Origin: Adineta vaga
Taxonomy: Eukaryota; Animalia; Rotifera
Assembly (NCBI GenBank): GCA_021613535.1
Contig: CP075493.1
Coordinates: 16,306,001 to 16,370,000 of the forward strand
Length of the DNA stretch: 64,000 nt
Direction: 5' to 3'
The position numbers and the translations under genes are program-made. The notes below the pieces were generated by a model that did no database searches, was not told where the DNA came from, and saw only the letters and a list, made by a program, of their open reading frames with translations. Shown piece by piece: positions 1 to 12,097 of this stretch (within the stretch, counting starts at the first letter, position 1; the number at the start of each line of letters is the position of its first letter).

Positions 1-1109
1 TTTCTGTATATGATATTTCATTACTATGGAATTTCGTGTCACCAACAATATATTTATCAAGCATAAATAAAAGATTTGTATTAAGAGCAGAAATTAAGAC
101 ATTTGCTTGAATTGTAGTTCGAAGATAATTTAGAAATAGAGTTATTTGAGAAGATGCATTATTTTTAAAGAATTCAACAGTTGCATTTACTTTTTGTTGA
201 ACTTGTGTTTCAAGAAGAAGATCATTGTAGATAAATTCATCATGATATAAATCTTCTAATCTTTGAGAGATAACATCTTGAGATATTAAACAAAAAGTGG
301 ATAAAAGTTGAAACTAAATCAATGATAAAAGTTGATTTAAATTTAAAGATTTATTTCAACTAAATTTACTTGAGAACTAGCTGTTGATCGAAAATCACCT
401 GTTCCATATTTACTTGCATCTTCGAAATATAATTCTTCAATCCATTGTTGACTAATGAAATGACTTGAACAAACAGGATGATAGTTGATCGTACTGGAAA
501 CAAAATTTTTCAAAGGTATTGATATTGTTGAACATGGGCACGAGAGAGTGTCACTATATTTATGATAAAGTTCAGCGAAACTATCGACAGATATTTTGTC
601 AGTATGAATTATTCGAGAATTTGATGTCATCAGAGTAGCCAAGGAAAGAATATAAAGAGATCCTAGAAAGTAATACATAAATTTATTATGACATAAAAAT
701 GTTATTTTAGTAGTTTTCTAAAAAAAACTCTGTATCAGAGATGAATGAGTCGCGGTGTAACAGCGCCCCATCTGTACCTCTTTTATTATCCCATCGATCT
801 TTGATTTATATAATTTTCAAGATATTTTTTACTATTGATCAAAATTTTTGATATAATTTGCCTCTTTCAATATTTATGTATAATGACTTATTAATAAATT
901 TATATTTTAAATATGATCAACGATATTCTTTGTGACTTACCAATGAGAAGTAGTACATATAACCAAGTTGCATATTTTTGTTGCTTGAGAATAATTGCTG
1001 GATCATTTTGTTCATCATTGTCATCATTATATTCATTTTCTTCACGCATAAAAATATTGTAATTACATATTTTTTCATAAAATCTATGAGCCAGTTTTTT
1101 AAGATTCAT
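1..1109 (-). CDS. Uncharacterised membrane-protein family member with 'TLSCPC...HPVCSS.FI...W' motif; spliced, runs off the window start
   Basis: Exons about 1109-941, 662-370 and 313-<1, bounded by GT-AG introns. A TM segment (TWLYVLLLI/SLYILSLATL) is followed by YSDTLSCPCSTISIP...HPVCSSHFISQQWI. The same motif occurs in the gene at 42090. Confidence 0.75.
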
Positions 1110-1863
1110 TCTTTCAATAAAGAGTTTCTATTAAAAATTAATCTATTATAAAAAGTCCAGAAGTAATTTTTGTATCCTTGCATTCCTTCTCTTGAAATGA
1201 AGATAATACAAAAAGTTATACCTCATTGTCTCATCAGACCATATGACCATTCAGGTATTGAGGATGATAAAATTGAGTAGTAAACTTGCAGAAAGGGAAG
1301 GCTTCGGAGGGGCTAGCCGTGAGTGGCGTCTTACAGGGGTACCGACAAACGAACTAACTGCTCCGAATAGCACTTCTTAATATGCCAATGAAATAAATGC
1401 GGCAGGTTTGGGTTTAGCACTCATACACTGTCCTATTTTGCTATTCAAGACAGTTATCCTTTTGTTTATAAAAGACAAATATGATTAGGTATACTAAGGT
1501 GGCGAAAGCCGTTCAGTGGATTAGTGTTCTATTGGGATAGTGATTTTTACTTTTGAACATTTAACAAATAGTAAGCATAGTAATAACCCGTCAATTTTAA
1601 TTGTATAAGACTTTGAGATAAATGAAAACAAATTTAAGAAGGCATTTCAGTGGGTATCTTTCTCCTTTTCTGTAAAAAGCATGGTGATGAAGATTATTTA
1701 ACTTCAGCTAATAATTCAGCTGCGGGTCAAGCGAGTCACTCTCGACGAACATTATCTTGTATTTTAGAGAAAAAGTTTGTTCTGATCAGGAAACCATTTC
1801 AAATGAAGTTTCAAGTCTGGATTTATATTTTGTAGATAGATAGAACTAACAAAATACATAGAG

Positions 1864-2465
1864 ATTCTGAAGGAGGAGTTCATTTTCAAACTTTTTTGTT
1901 GTAGAAATACCTTACTACTGTAGTTTCCAGTGTCTTAACAAGGAGAGGGGGTCAGCTACCCCTAGAAAGATTTTGAAAATCCGGTTTTCTATGGACCGAT
2001 CAACACTAAAGGGGGTACAAAGGCTTTTTTCTCTCTTCATTTTTGATTTTTTGGGAGATCGTATGGGCGCATCATTTTGCTCTTTAAATAGAAATCACAA
2101 CTTTGGTCGGCTGAAATTTTTTTCAAAATAGATTAAAGCGATCGGGAAGACTGAGCCTCCCCAGCCCAAAATCCTGGTTCTGCCACTGATAGTTTTGTTC
2201 AAGAAAGTCTGAAAAACTCATTTTCGAATTAAAATTTAAACACAATAATAATATTAAATGACATTAGCCTATCTTAGACGTATTCTTCGATATAAATAAA
2301 GAACAGGTCTGAAAATTTTACAATGAACTATTCTTATTGAGACTTCTTTCCAGACAAAGTTTCGAATTTTAATTCAAAATGAGTTTTCCGATGTTTCAGA
2401 AAAAACTACAATAGTGAGATATCTCAACAATAATATGGTTTGAAAATGAACGCCTCTTTTAGAAC
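1864..2465. mobile_element. Decayed MITE with long imperfect terminal inverted repeats, interrupted by a second MITE
   Basis: 1864-1927 is the inverse of ~2400-2465 (TTCATTTTCAAAC / GTTTGAAAATGAA). 2190-2236 is the inverse of ~2360-2400. Confidence 0.55.
1928..2188. mobile_element. hAT-like MITE (CAGTG...CACTG)
   Basis: Termini are CAGTG and CACTG. The 8-bp flanks GTAGTTTC / ATAGTTTT match at 6 of 8 positions, consistent with a decayed 8-bp TSD. Confidence 0.55.
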
Positions 2466-3278
2466 TAAATCTAAAATTATGGGTTATAACATTTATCTGT
2501 CGTTATGTGAACCATACTGATAAGAGATATTTCTATAATATAAAAAGGTAAAAAGAAAGAGATCATCATTAATGATAAATAAGTTTACATATGATATCAT
2601 TCTATATACATAAAAGATAGAGACTCTAACAAGAGAATTGAGAATATTTTTGTTAATCGACAAAGTTAGCGGATTCATCATTGCTAAACTCAGAGTAATG
2701 AACTTTCTAAAAATGTTCTCATAATGATGAAAACTCACAAAAAAAAGGTTTGTAATCATATTCTAATATACCTTCAAGTGACTAAGTAAAAAAAAGATTT
2801 ATGCTAAAAAACTTTGTATTTATTCCATATGTTACTTAGATTTGAAAAAAATATGAGAAAGGAAAATCATTTATTTAGATATAAAGCCGTGCCTACGTAG
2901 TGTATGCATTTTCTTTTAAAGTGCTTTATGATTTTTTTCTCTCTTTTGAACATATGTTAAAACGGATATGTGGAAAAAAAGAATGAGAATAGAAAATAGA
3001 TTATTTTTTTCTCTTTTAACGTATGACATAATAATTAAATAATAATAACAAAATGAATGAATTTCATTTATTTCTCATGAATTAAAAAATAATATTAATT
3101 AGATCTGAGGTAATTTATAAAAAATCTTAATCTTCGCTTTTTTATTTGTCAAATTAAAGCTAAAGATTGATAGTATCTAAGTTGAACAAAAGATCAATAT
3201 CATTCGATAATAGATTCTTGAAGAAGATATAAATCAATATTATAGTGTTGTAATAGGATATATATATATATATATGTA

Positions 3279-3920
3279 TATACTGCTAATTTAGCATAAG
3301 ATTTGACAATAATGAAGTCGAAAGGTATCATTGATGGAATTGATGATCTTAGAAATAGAAAAATTCCATTTAATCGTAGTGGTATTCGTATAGGTACAGC
3401 TGTTCAAGAGTATTATTTACGAGAAATCTCTGGGGGAATTCGAAATTTCTATCCAATAAAGTTTTGTCAACATTTATATGACAGTTTATTATCAGGTGTT
3501 ATTGATGCTGATGGTCTCACGGATATTGGTAGTGGAGAATATATTGTCAATAATGTTTACTGTAATTTAACATTGGGTGGTAAAGGTTTCGATAAAAATG
3601 TATTTGATATTGTTACACCTAAACAATGGTTATATGTTACAGATTTAGCTGTCAATATTTTAGTATTAAGAGAATCAGGTGTGTTGGAAAGTTTAAAATT
3701 AAAATGATTTCAATCAAAGACTTGCCCGGAAACAGAAAAAGCGTCAAGTGCAATAAGAATGGATTCAATGAGTGGAATATTTCTTACATTTGGAATTATT
3801 TATGTTGTATCAATATTTGTATTTATATGGAAACGATTCATTTCATACAGTGGTCTATTGTATCTCAATCTGAATTTAGAAAAAGAAAATTGACCTTATT
3901 TCGAACTGAAACTAAGGGGA
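3279..3920 (+). pseudogene. Ionotropic glutamate receptor-like fragment (M3-S2-M4)
   Basis: YTANLA*DLTIMKSK is the M3 SYTANLA motif with an in-frame stop. An S2-like ORF follows (3303-3707), ending ..LRESGVLESLKLK*FQSKTC, then M4-like MSGIFLTFGIIYVVSIFVFIW. There are two stops and no N-terminal half. Confidence 0.75.
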
Positions 3921-4180
3921 CTAAGGGATCTAAGGAGACTTACAAAATGACGTTTTTGTTATTCTATGATAATTCGTAATTAGTATAGATTTTCCCTTCA
4001 TAATTTAGTTCCCTTGAGAGTGTTCGAAGGGTGATGAGGGCGACATCTCGCTGAGGGTGTTCGGAGGATGATGAAGATGAGATCTCACTGAGGGTGATTT
4101 CATTGGTTTTTATTCAGATACACTAGTTGTAGGAAATGTAATGTTTTATTGTATTCATTGTGAAAGCTGTCCTTTTCTTA

Positions 4181-4800
4181 CGAGGGAACCACCCGAGGTG
4201 TCAAAAAGCTTTTCGGCCGAGATTATGATGGTTAGATAGGCCATAGCTAGGAGTGATCTGCCCTAAGTTAGTTCGTGCCCAAGTTGAGATCCATCTGAGA
4301 TATAGACTTTTTACTAGAATTTGCCTATGGGACCCCAAATTCCCCATAAAATCAAAGTTTTGAATTTTGAGGTGAGATTTTGTCCATATCAAGGCCTCAG
4401 CCAGAGTAGTTCATTCACAAAATTTCAGGATTTTTTGACTAAGCATTCTCGAGATATAATGTTTTCAAATATCTATGAATACAACGATATTTGTAAAAAA
4501 CTATGTTTATGTTAACATACTGAGATCTCGAGAATGCCTAGTCAAAAAATCCTGAAATTTTGTGAATGAACTACTCTGGCTGAGGCCTTGATATGGACAA
4601 AATCTCACCTCAAAATTCAAAACTTTGATTTTATGGGGAATTTGGGGTCCCATAGGCAAATTCTAGTAAAAAGTCTATATCTCAGATGGATCTCAACTTG
4701 GGCACGAACTAACTTAGGGCAGATCACTCCTAGCTATGGCCTATCTAACCATCATAATCTCGACCGAAAAACCTTTTTGACACCTCGGGTGGTTCCCTCG
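4181..4800. mobile_element. Foldback MITE, ~275-bp near-perfect inverted arms around a ~70-bp spacer
   Basis: Arms are 4181-4455 and 4525-4800, with termini CGAGGGAACCACCCGAGG / CCTCGGGTGGTTCCCTCG and TTA on both sides. The same spurious peptide appears on opposite strands in the ORF track. Confidence 0.9.
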
Positions 4801-5523
4801 TTAGTTCCTTTAGTTCATCCTTCAAATAGATATATGAGGGTCGATTTTTTTCTAAAATTCAATTTGAAATATAAAAGACCATAGACTCTTGGACCCTTAG
4901 ACCCTTGGACCCTGAGGCCCGTAGACCCACAGATCTTTAGTATCAGAGTCTTCAAAATTCATTTAGATAAAAATATCCGATTGAGTATATACATTTCTTA
5001 TCATTAATCATCAATTACGGTGATTCAATGGAGATAGTACTGGAATTATATCTGATCATGATGGAATGAAATGATTAAGATCGTGAAAAATAATTTAAAG
5101 ATTGGTGAATCGTGCCACCTATTCATATAGCAGTCACTGTCGTTTATTGAATATGATCAATTGGTTTTTTTACCCGTGTACCCAGGGTTGTGTGAAAAAA
5201 ATGATTGTTCTCTGTCATATAGATCTAATTCAAAATGCATCGCAAATCAGATTTTAGAATTGACATACCTAAAGATATGTGTAGAGTCAAAGTCTCAGCA
5301 ACACATATACTCTTCTCTATATAATCAGACGAATGTGGTACAATCATCTCAGAAAATGCCAACCAACGTCACAGTATCACAAGCCATTGCAATAAATATA
5401 CCATGTTATTAATAATTCCAAACCAATACCACAGAGTTCCACTCAATGAAGTTTTCACCCAGAAACGTTCACCTTTCTTCTTCTCATTAGTCATACTTTC
5501 AAGTGTACACCACTATGTTAACT

Positions 5524-5938
5524 TCAGTATGAAAAACGATCGTTAGTATTTGAGTAGTTGAGCACTGCGAAGAGTCAGAAGACAGACACACACCGGTCAT
5601 GGTAGTTCATGTCTGCATATCACATCATTTCTCACGGATGGTTATTGTTATAAATAGACATTCAGCATTTGAAGTCGTGATGCGACGCTATGCAGACATA
5701 ATCCATCTGGTGAGACCCTTGGACAAGGTCGAAACCGGTAGATTATTTTAAAATCGAAATTGCAAAAGAGGAAACGATAGTAAGATTAAGAGGGGCACAA
5801 ACAACAGATAACTGCATTTCCGAGAACGTTAACTCTATTGATAGCTACGAATCAACAGAAACAGATAGTACAACGACGACTTTAGAACAACAATGCGACA
5901 GGAACAACTATTACGAAAAGCAGAGTCTCAGAGGAGCA
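5524..5938 (+). repeat. ~415-bp hammerhead-containing pLTR-like segment, copy 1
   Basis: Near-identical direct copy at 53723-54136. This copy lies immediately upstream of Athena RT copy A. Confidence 0.9.
5698..5746 (+). ncRNA. Hammerhead ribozyme motif with mutated core (CTGGTGA)
   Basis: ATAATC-cat-CTGGTGA-GACC..GGTC-GAAAC-CGGT-A-GATTAT. The paralogue at 53896 has an intact CTGATGA. Confidence 0.6.
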
Positions 5939-7565
5939 AGCATATCAATGTCTTGGTTCAATTGATCCTTTACCTGATCTCGTTCAACGGACAAATCAAT
6001 ATTTATTAGATCTTCGATTAACTAAATGGATTACACAAAAACAATATGAAGAATTATGTGTTAAATCAGATGAAGTTGAATTAGCTCATCTCTATTATCT
6101 TCCAAAAACACAAACTTAATACACCTTTACGTCCAATCATTTCTGGTCTTAAACATCCAACATTAAAGATATCAAAGTTTCTCGATAGTTTATTACGACC
6201 ACTATTTGATCAAATGGCTTCAAAAACAACAGTTACATCTGGTTTTGAATTAATTAAACATTTACAAAAATGGTCAATAACCAAATTAAACAAAGAAACT
6301 TTATTATCAACAATTGATGTTACAGATCTTTATACAATGATTCCACAAATAGAAGGTGTATTAACATTAAAACAAATGTTAGATTATCATCAATTAAAAC
6401 GAGTTAAAAATTTAAAAGTAGAAGCAATTATTCGTCTAGCAAGATTTGTGATGAGAAATAATTATTTTTCTTACAATAATCAATATTATCATCAAATCCG
6501 AGGTGGAGCGATGGGTTCTCCATTAACTCTCACTATTGCTAATTGTTACATGTTCTTTTTTGAACAAAATATTATCAGACAAATTACAAATAGTGGTGGT
6601 CTCTACTTCCGATATATTGATGATATATTTATTATAATTAATTGGCCTTTACAACATTTTCAAAAACAAATCAATCGATGGAATACATTCGATGAAAATA
6701 TCAATTTAATTCCCACTATTGGTCATCAAATTAATTTTCTCGATTTATCTATTGAAAATCAAAATGATCAATTATTTACACAAGTCTATCATAAACCATC
6801 CTATGAACCATATTATTTACCGTTCAATAGTATACATCCATTACATATGAAAAAGAATATTCCTTTCGCTATGTTAATACGTGCGATCCGATATTCTTCA
6901 ACATATGACGCTTATTCGAAAGAAAGAAGTCGTTTACGTATGGATCTACTTATAAATAAATATCCTATCAAATTCATTGACGAACAATTCCAAAATGTAT
7001 TCAATAAATTCAATATCAATGAATTATTTAATACTACGAAAATTTTCCAAAATTACGTCAACAAGTTATCAATCATTCGTTTGAACCTAAGATACCGATC
7101 GATTATAATCAAACAATGTTCATCCATTTTACTTATTGTTCCAATATGAGAACATTTCCTAAGAAATTTCATCATTTATGGAATGAGTATTTTGATAAAT
7201 CACCGATCAACGATATCGTTCCTATTCTTGGTACTCGTAATTCTGAAAATCTCCAACAACAATTGGTTCATACTCATCAATTATAAATAGGTATGGTTTT
7301 CATAAAATAATCTTTTCGTTGTATATTTTCTCGTTCTCATATCTACATATATATATATTTTACATTTATTATTTCATTTTCCATCACTTGTTTACAAAAA
7401 GTTTTTTATAATATGCAGAGCCCTGATGAGTGTTCTTTATTTTTAAATAAATACATGAAACGCGTCGGCAAAACTAAACTCTGCATTTATTATATTATAT
7501 ATCATTTTTCAAACATCTATCTATTAATTTATCAAGTTAATTTTTGACTTTGAATTGATTGCTGG
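5937..7565 (+). mobile_element. Athena (endonuclease-less Penelope-like) retroelement copy A, 5'-truncated and frameshifted
   Basis: PLE RT motifs LYYLPK..TPLRPII, DVTDLYT, GGAMGSPL, YFRYIDD, FLDL. Frameshifts near 6113 and 7040. Coding ends ~7287 with no GIY-YIG domain. The 3' UTR carries a hammerhead. Confidence 0.9.
7420..7469 (+). ncRNA. Minimal type I hammerhead ribozyme
   Basis: GCC-CTGATGA-GTGT..ACAT-GAAAC-GCGT-C-GGC, with the short palindromic stem III typical of PLE hammerheads. Confidence 0.85.
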
Positions 7566-7570
7566 ATGCA

Positions 7571-7709
7571 TAAATTTGATGAAAATATTATCCTCAAAGT
7601 TAATATTAGTAATCAAGTCAATTTTCTGGATTTACAAATTAATAATCAAGATGGTAATTTAATAACATATGTTTACCACAAGCCATCATATGAACCATAT
7701 TATTTACCA
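7571..7709 (+). repeat. 139-bp exact duplicate of an internal part of Athena copy B (~8502-8641)
   Basis: ATAAATTTGATGAAAATATT...CCATATTATTTACCA is identical in both places. Confidence 0.9.
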
Positions 7710-9610
7710 CCGAACATTATGAAAAAGAATCCAATGCTTATATGGACCGAACAAAAGCTTATCAATGTTTAGGTATAAAAGATCCATTACCAAACCTTAT
7801 TATTCAAACAAATAAATATTTATTTGATTTACGTCTGGCTAAATGGATTACACAAAAACAATATGAGCAATTGTGTATTAAATCAGATGAAGTTGAATTA
7901 GCTCATCTATATTATTTACCAAAAGCTCATAAACCGGGAACACCTCTTCGACCCATTGTATCTGGATTAAAACATCCCACAATAAAGATCTCAAAATATT
8001 TGGATAATCTCTTACGACCCTTATTTGATCAAATGGCCATCAAAACAACAATTACTTCTGGTTTTGATTTGGTTCAACATTTAAGAAAATGGTCAATCAT
8101 CAATTTAAGAAAAGATTCTTTATTGTGTACAATCGATGTTTCAGATCTTTATACTATGATACCACAAGTCGAAGGTGTATTATCCTTAAAGAAAATGTTA
8201 GATTATCTTCAATTAAAAGAAATTAAAGGTCTCAAGATTGAAGCTATTATACGTTTAGCCAGATATGTTATGAAGAATAATTATTTTTCTTATAACGGTC
8301 AATATTATCATCAAATAAGAGGTGGAGCAATGGGTTCCCCTCTTACATTAACAATTGCCAACTGTTATATGTTCTTCTATGAACAAAATATTATTAATCA
8401 AATTAAGAACAGTTTTGGTTTATATTTTCGTTATATTGATGATATCTTCATTATTATTAATTGGCCACAACGTCATTTACTTCAACAAATTGATCGATGG
8501 AATAAATTTGATGAAAATATTATCCTCAAAGTTAATATTAGTAATCAAGTCAATTTTCTGGATTTACAAATTAATAATCAAGATGGTAATTTAATAACAT
8601 ATGTTTACCACAAGCCATCATATGAACCATATTATTTACCATTTAACAGCATTCATCCATGGCATATGAAACAAAATATACCTTTTGCTATGTTACTTCG
8701 AGCAATTAGGTATTGTTCAACATTTCAAAGTTACTTAGATGAACGTGGTAAATTAAGAATGGATCTATTACTTAATAAATATCCAATCAAATTCATCGAT
8801 CAACAATTCAATCGTGTCTTTGAAAAATTCAATATTAATCAACCATTAAACATCTACAATTATGATACATTACGACAAAAAGTCATCGATACTCCCTATC
8901 AAGAAAAAGTTCCAATTGATTATAGGAAAACTTTATTTGTTCATTTTACTTATTGTTCAAATATGACAACATTTCCAAGAAAATTTCATTCACTTTGGAA
9001 CAAGTATTTTGAACAATCTCCAATCAATGAAGTCACTCCAATTCTTGGTACTCGTAATGTCAATAGTTTACAAAGACAATTAGTACATACTCGTCATTCT
9101 TAAATCACTATTATATCCCAACCTATATTACAAGTTTATATTAATTTATTTCAACAATTACTTATTAAAACTTAGATAATACAATCAAATATTGTGGCTT
9201 AGATTAAAAATCAAAATTCAAGTTTATTATCGATTTATTGGTCTTCAACATTCCAAAAAACTCGATTTATATAAACTATATTGAGTCTTTAGATTTTTAT
9301 TCTATATATATATATATTCTTTTTCCACTTATTTGCCTTGTCCACATACATATTTCCTCATTTAGGTTTAACATTACATTTCGTTTTTTCTATTTCTTAT
9401 TCTTCTTAAAAAGTTTTCTATATATATGCAGAGCCCTAATGAGTGTTTCATTATTTTAATAAATCACACGAAACGCGTCGGCGAATCAAACATTTGCATA
9501 TATTTATTCTTATATAACAATAGCAATTTGTTAATTAGTATATTTGGCTATTTTTGATTGATTAGATCGATTGCTGAAAAGCAAAGGTTGAGATCAGCAA
9601 ATTAGTTTAT
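7710..9610 (+). mobile_element. Athena retroelement copy B, 5'-truncated, uninterrupted RT frame (ORF 7742-9103)
   Basis: 453-aa open frame with all PLE RT motifs (YFRYIDD), ending LGTRNVNSLQRQLVHTRHS with no endonuclease. The 3' UTR has a hammerhead and a GCTGA..TCAGC hairpin. Confidence 0.92.
9433..9482 (+). ncRNA. Hammerhead ribozyme motif, core variant CTAATGA (probably inactive)
   Basis: GCC-CTAATGA-GTGT..ACAC-GAAAC-GCGT-C-GGC; homologous to 7420-7469. Confidence 0.7.
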
Positions 9611-10267
9611 ATTTTATTTATATAGATTAATTTGTTTTCAATTGATTTACACCCACTACCCACAAACCCACCCATTTGAATCAATTTTTGACCTTTATTT
9701 ATTCATAAATTCTAAAATAACATTGACAAAAATATTTTCTCATATTTAATTTTCATTTTTATTTTTAAAAATTTATTTTGTTGTCTTAATTACCGATTAT
9801 CCATTATAAAATAAAATGACCTTCACTGTTCGTTTATTGAATAATCTTGAAAATTTATCTAAATATCCACTCACACCCACATCTGATTTATTATCCTAAA
9901 CAAGATTTTGCCAGTAATGAAAAAATTTAGACTGAAAATGATCTTCTCGAAATGATGTCAGTAAATACATAATATATGCAATCTAAACTAAATACTGTAC
10001 TTATTTGTGTAATGTATATAAAAGAAAATATGATTGGTGATTATATCTTTATTTCGTTTATTCCACTAACTCAAAGTCTAAATCAGACGGATTTTCAGAC
10101 CATTCCAAAAATGTTTTCGAAAAATATGCCAGATATTATGGCGTAATTTGCTCAATGATTATTTCATATAAATCGCCATAGAATTCGTTTTGTCAGCAAT
10201 CGAAGGTAGAGGAGAGGGTATAGAACCAGGCTCTGATACCTCCTGCACAATATATTTATATATATTT

Positions 10268-11494
10268 CATGAAAACGGCCACGTTTACGGTATGTAAACG
10301 TTCCGTAAACATTTTAAAAACGGCATATTTACGGTATCAATGCGGACCGTTTTGGGTCCTTATCGAACCGTATTCTCGGGCACAGAATTACGGATCGTAA
10401 TGTATCCGTTCAGTAAACGTTCCGTATTTGGTGGTTTTCTGGGAATCTTGAGGGTGTGGGTGTTGGTACTACATCTATCTAATACCCACACCCACACCCA
10501 CACCCACACCCTCAACAAAATTCAGTCATCTAACTAGACTAATCAGCGTCACTTACTTAATTCATCCTTATCAATAATCTAAGTTTTTAAAAAATTTATT
10601 TTAAAAAATCTTACTTTTTTTCAATTAATGATTATATTCTAAAAGTAAACAATAAAATTCATTCGAAAAACTCTTACTGTTCAGTTGATTATTGTAAATA
10701 ATCTAAAAAAGAAAAGAAAATTTATCTAAATAAAATTCTTACTCACTGTTCAATCTGATTTATTTCATCTAAAATTCCATAACCAAAATAACTTTTGCCA
10801 GTAAGGTAATCCACCAATATACTCAGTCGTAATTTAGACTAGAAAATAGATCTTTCGAAATTATATGTGAACGAGAAAAACGAACTGACATAATAAAGAT
10901 GCTTCCTAAAAACATCGAAAGCTGATTATACTGAATGTCTATAGCATATATCTTTTATTTCGTTAGGTATATCTGCCTAGACGGTTGCGGATGTACAAAA
11001 ATATAAAAATCGAAAAATCAAAAAACCAGACGGTTTACTAATATGTATCAAAATTTTATTAATTATTTATTATTTATATATGTATATTCGAATGTTAAGT
11101 CGTGTGTTTAACTATTTATATTTAAATTTTTGTATAGATGGCGCCATAATTTGCACAATATATTAATTACATTTCTGTTTTACTTATCAATCTCTATCTA
11201 TCTAGAAAATTATTTTCATTTTATAAAAAAATAATAATATTGTACAGAAAGTCATATACCGGGATCTGTACCCTTTAAGTAGGTTTTCAGAAAAACGGTC
11301 TAAAAACAGGGCGTAATCTGAGGTCCGTTTTCGGATAGAATTCGGTGCTCCGTAATACGGTCCGTAAACGGTGCGAAAAATATTCGTATTTACACCGTTA
11401 ACTGCTCTCGATATACGAAAAAAGTCGGAGATCCGTTTAGATGCCGGTTTCTATTCGTATACTGTCGTTTTCGGTCCGACTCGTTCTACCTGGG
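10268..11494 (-). mobile_element. Internally deleted, non-autonomous CACTA/EnSpm copy
   Basis: 10268-10444 matches 11510-11695. Parts of ~10515-11494 match ~16975-17674, ending CTACCTGGG. Both genes are missing. Confidence 0.8.
10445..10515. repeat. Telomere-repeat hairpin, copy 1
   Basis: ATCTTGAGGGTGTGGGTGTTGG-TACTACATCTAT-CTAATA-(CCCACA)4-CCCTCAA. Confidence 0.9.
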
Positions 11495-12097
11495 CATGGA
11501 CCCAGGTGAATGAAAACGGCCACGTTTACGGTATGAAAACGTACCGTAAACGTTTTAAAAACGGTGTAGTTACGGTATGATACGGTATCTATTCGGACCG
11601 TTTTTGGCCCGTATCGAACCGTATTATCGGGCACAGAATTACGATCCGTAATATGCCCGTTCAGTAAACTTTCCGTATTTGGTGGTTTTCTGGGAGCTAT
11701 CGGATATGATGAAACAGTGTGTTTTATTCGGTATTGAGACCGTTTTTTGGCTGAAAACAAACCGATTTATAATCGTTTGCACGAGTCAAAATATATTATT
11801 TCGATAATTCTTTGATCCTACATCATTTATTTGATTTAGAAATAGCTCTATGAGTTCACTTTCATCTATAGTTAGATTTTTTATCAAGTTTCTATATAAA
11901 AAGATAACAAAAAAACAATATGTAACAATAAATATGTTTCATAAACATAGAGATAAAGCTTGAGGAAATAAATGGTTTTTGTTCATCGCAAATTGTATTC
12001 ATAAATTCATGTCTTCATAAAGGTTTATATACATTACTTGTTTACTTCAATATTTAAACCATTTGATTTAAAAATATTTGTTTTCAATCTTCTATAA

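Noticed and set aside
1225-1240. Isolated CTGATGA motifs (also near 19112, 25366, 29282, 52873)
   Set aside because: No downstream GAAA plus pairing stems, so they are not hammerheads.
4012-4096. ~37-bp imperfect tandem containing TGAGGGTG
   Set aside because: Only about two degenerate units; no link to the telomere hairpin can be shown.
4201-4884. Duplicate MIWTKSHLK.. ORFs on opposite strands
   Set aside because: By-product of the foldback MITE arms.
7742-9103. RT ORFs as telomerase, retron, group II intron or DGR RT
   Set aside because: The motifs, multiple copies and hammerhead 3' UTRs fit Penelope-like Athena elements; TERT-specific domains and prokaryotic context are absent.
10206-10241. 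Reverse-strand AGGTATCAGAGCC, resembling a tRNA-iMet primer binding site
   Set aside because: It lacks the TGG start, and there is no adjacent LTR or gag sequence.
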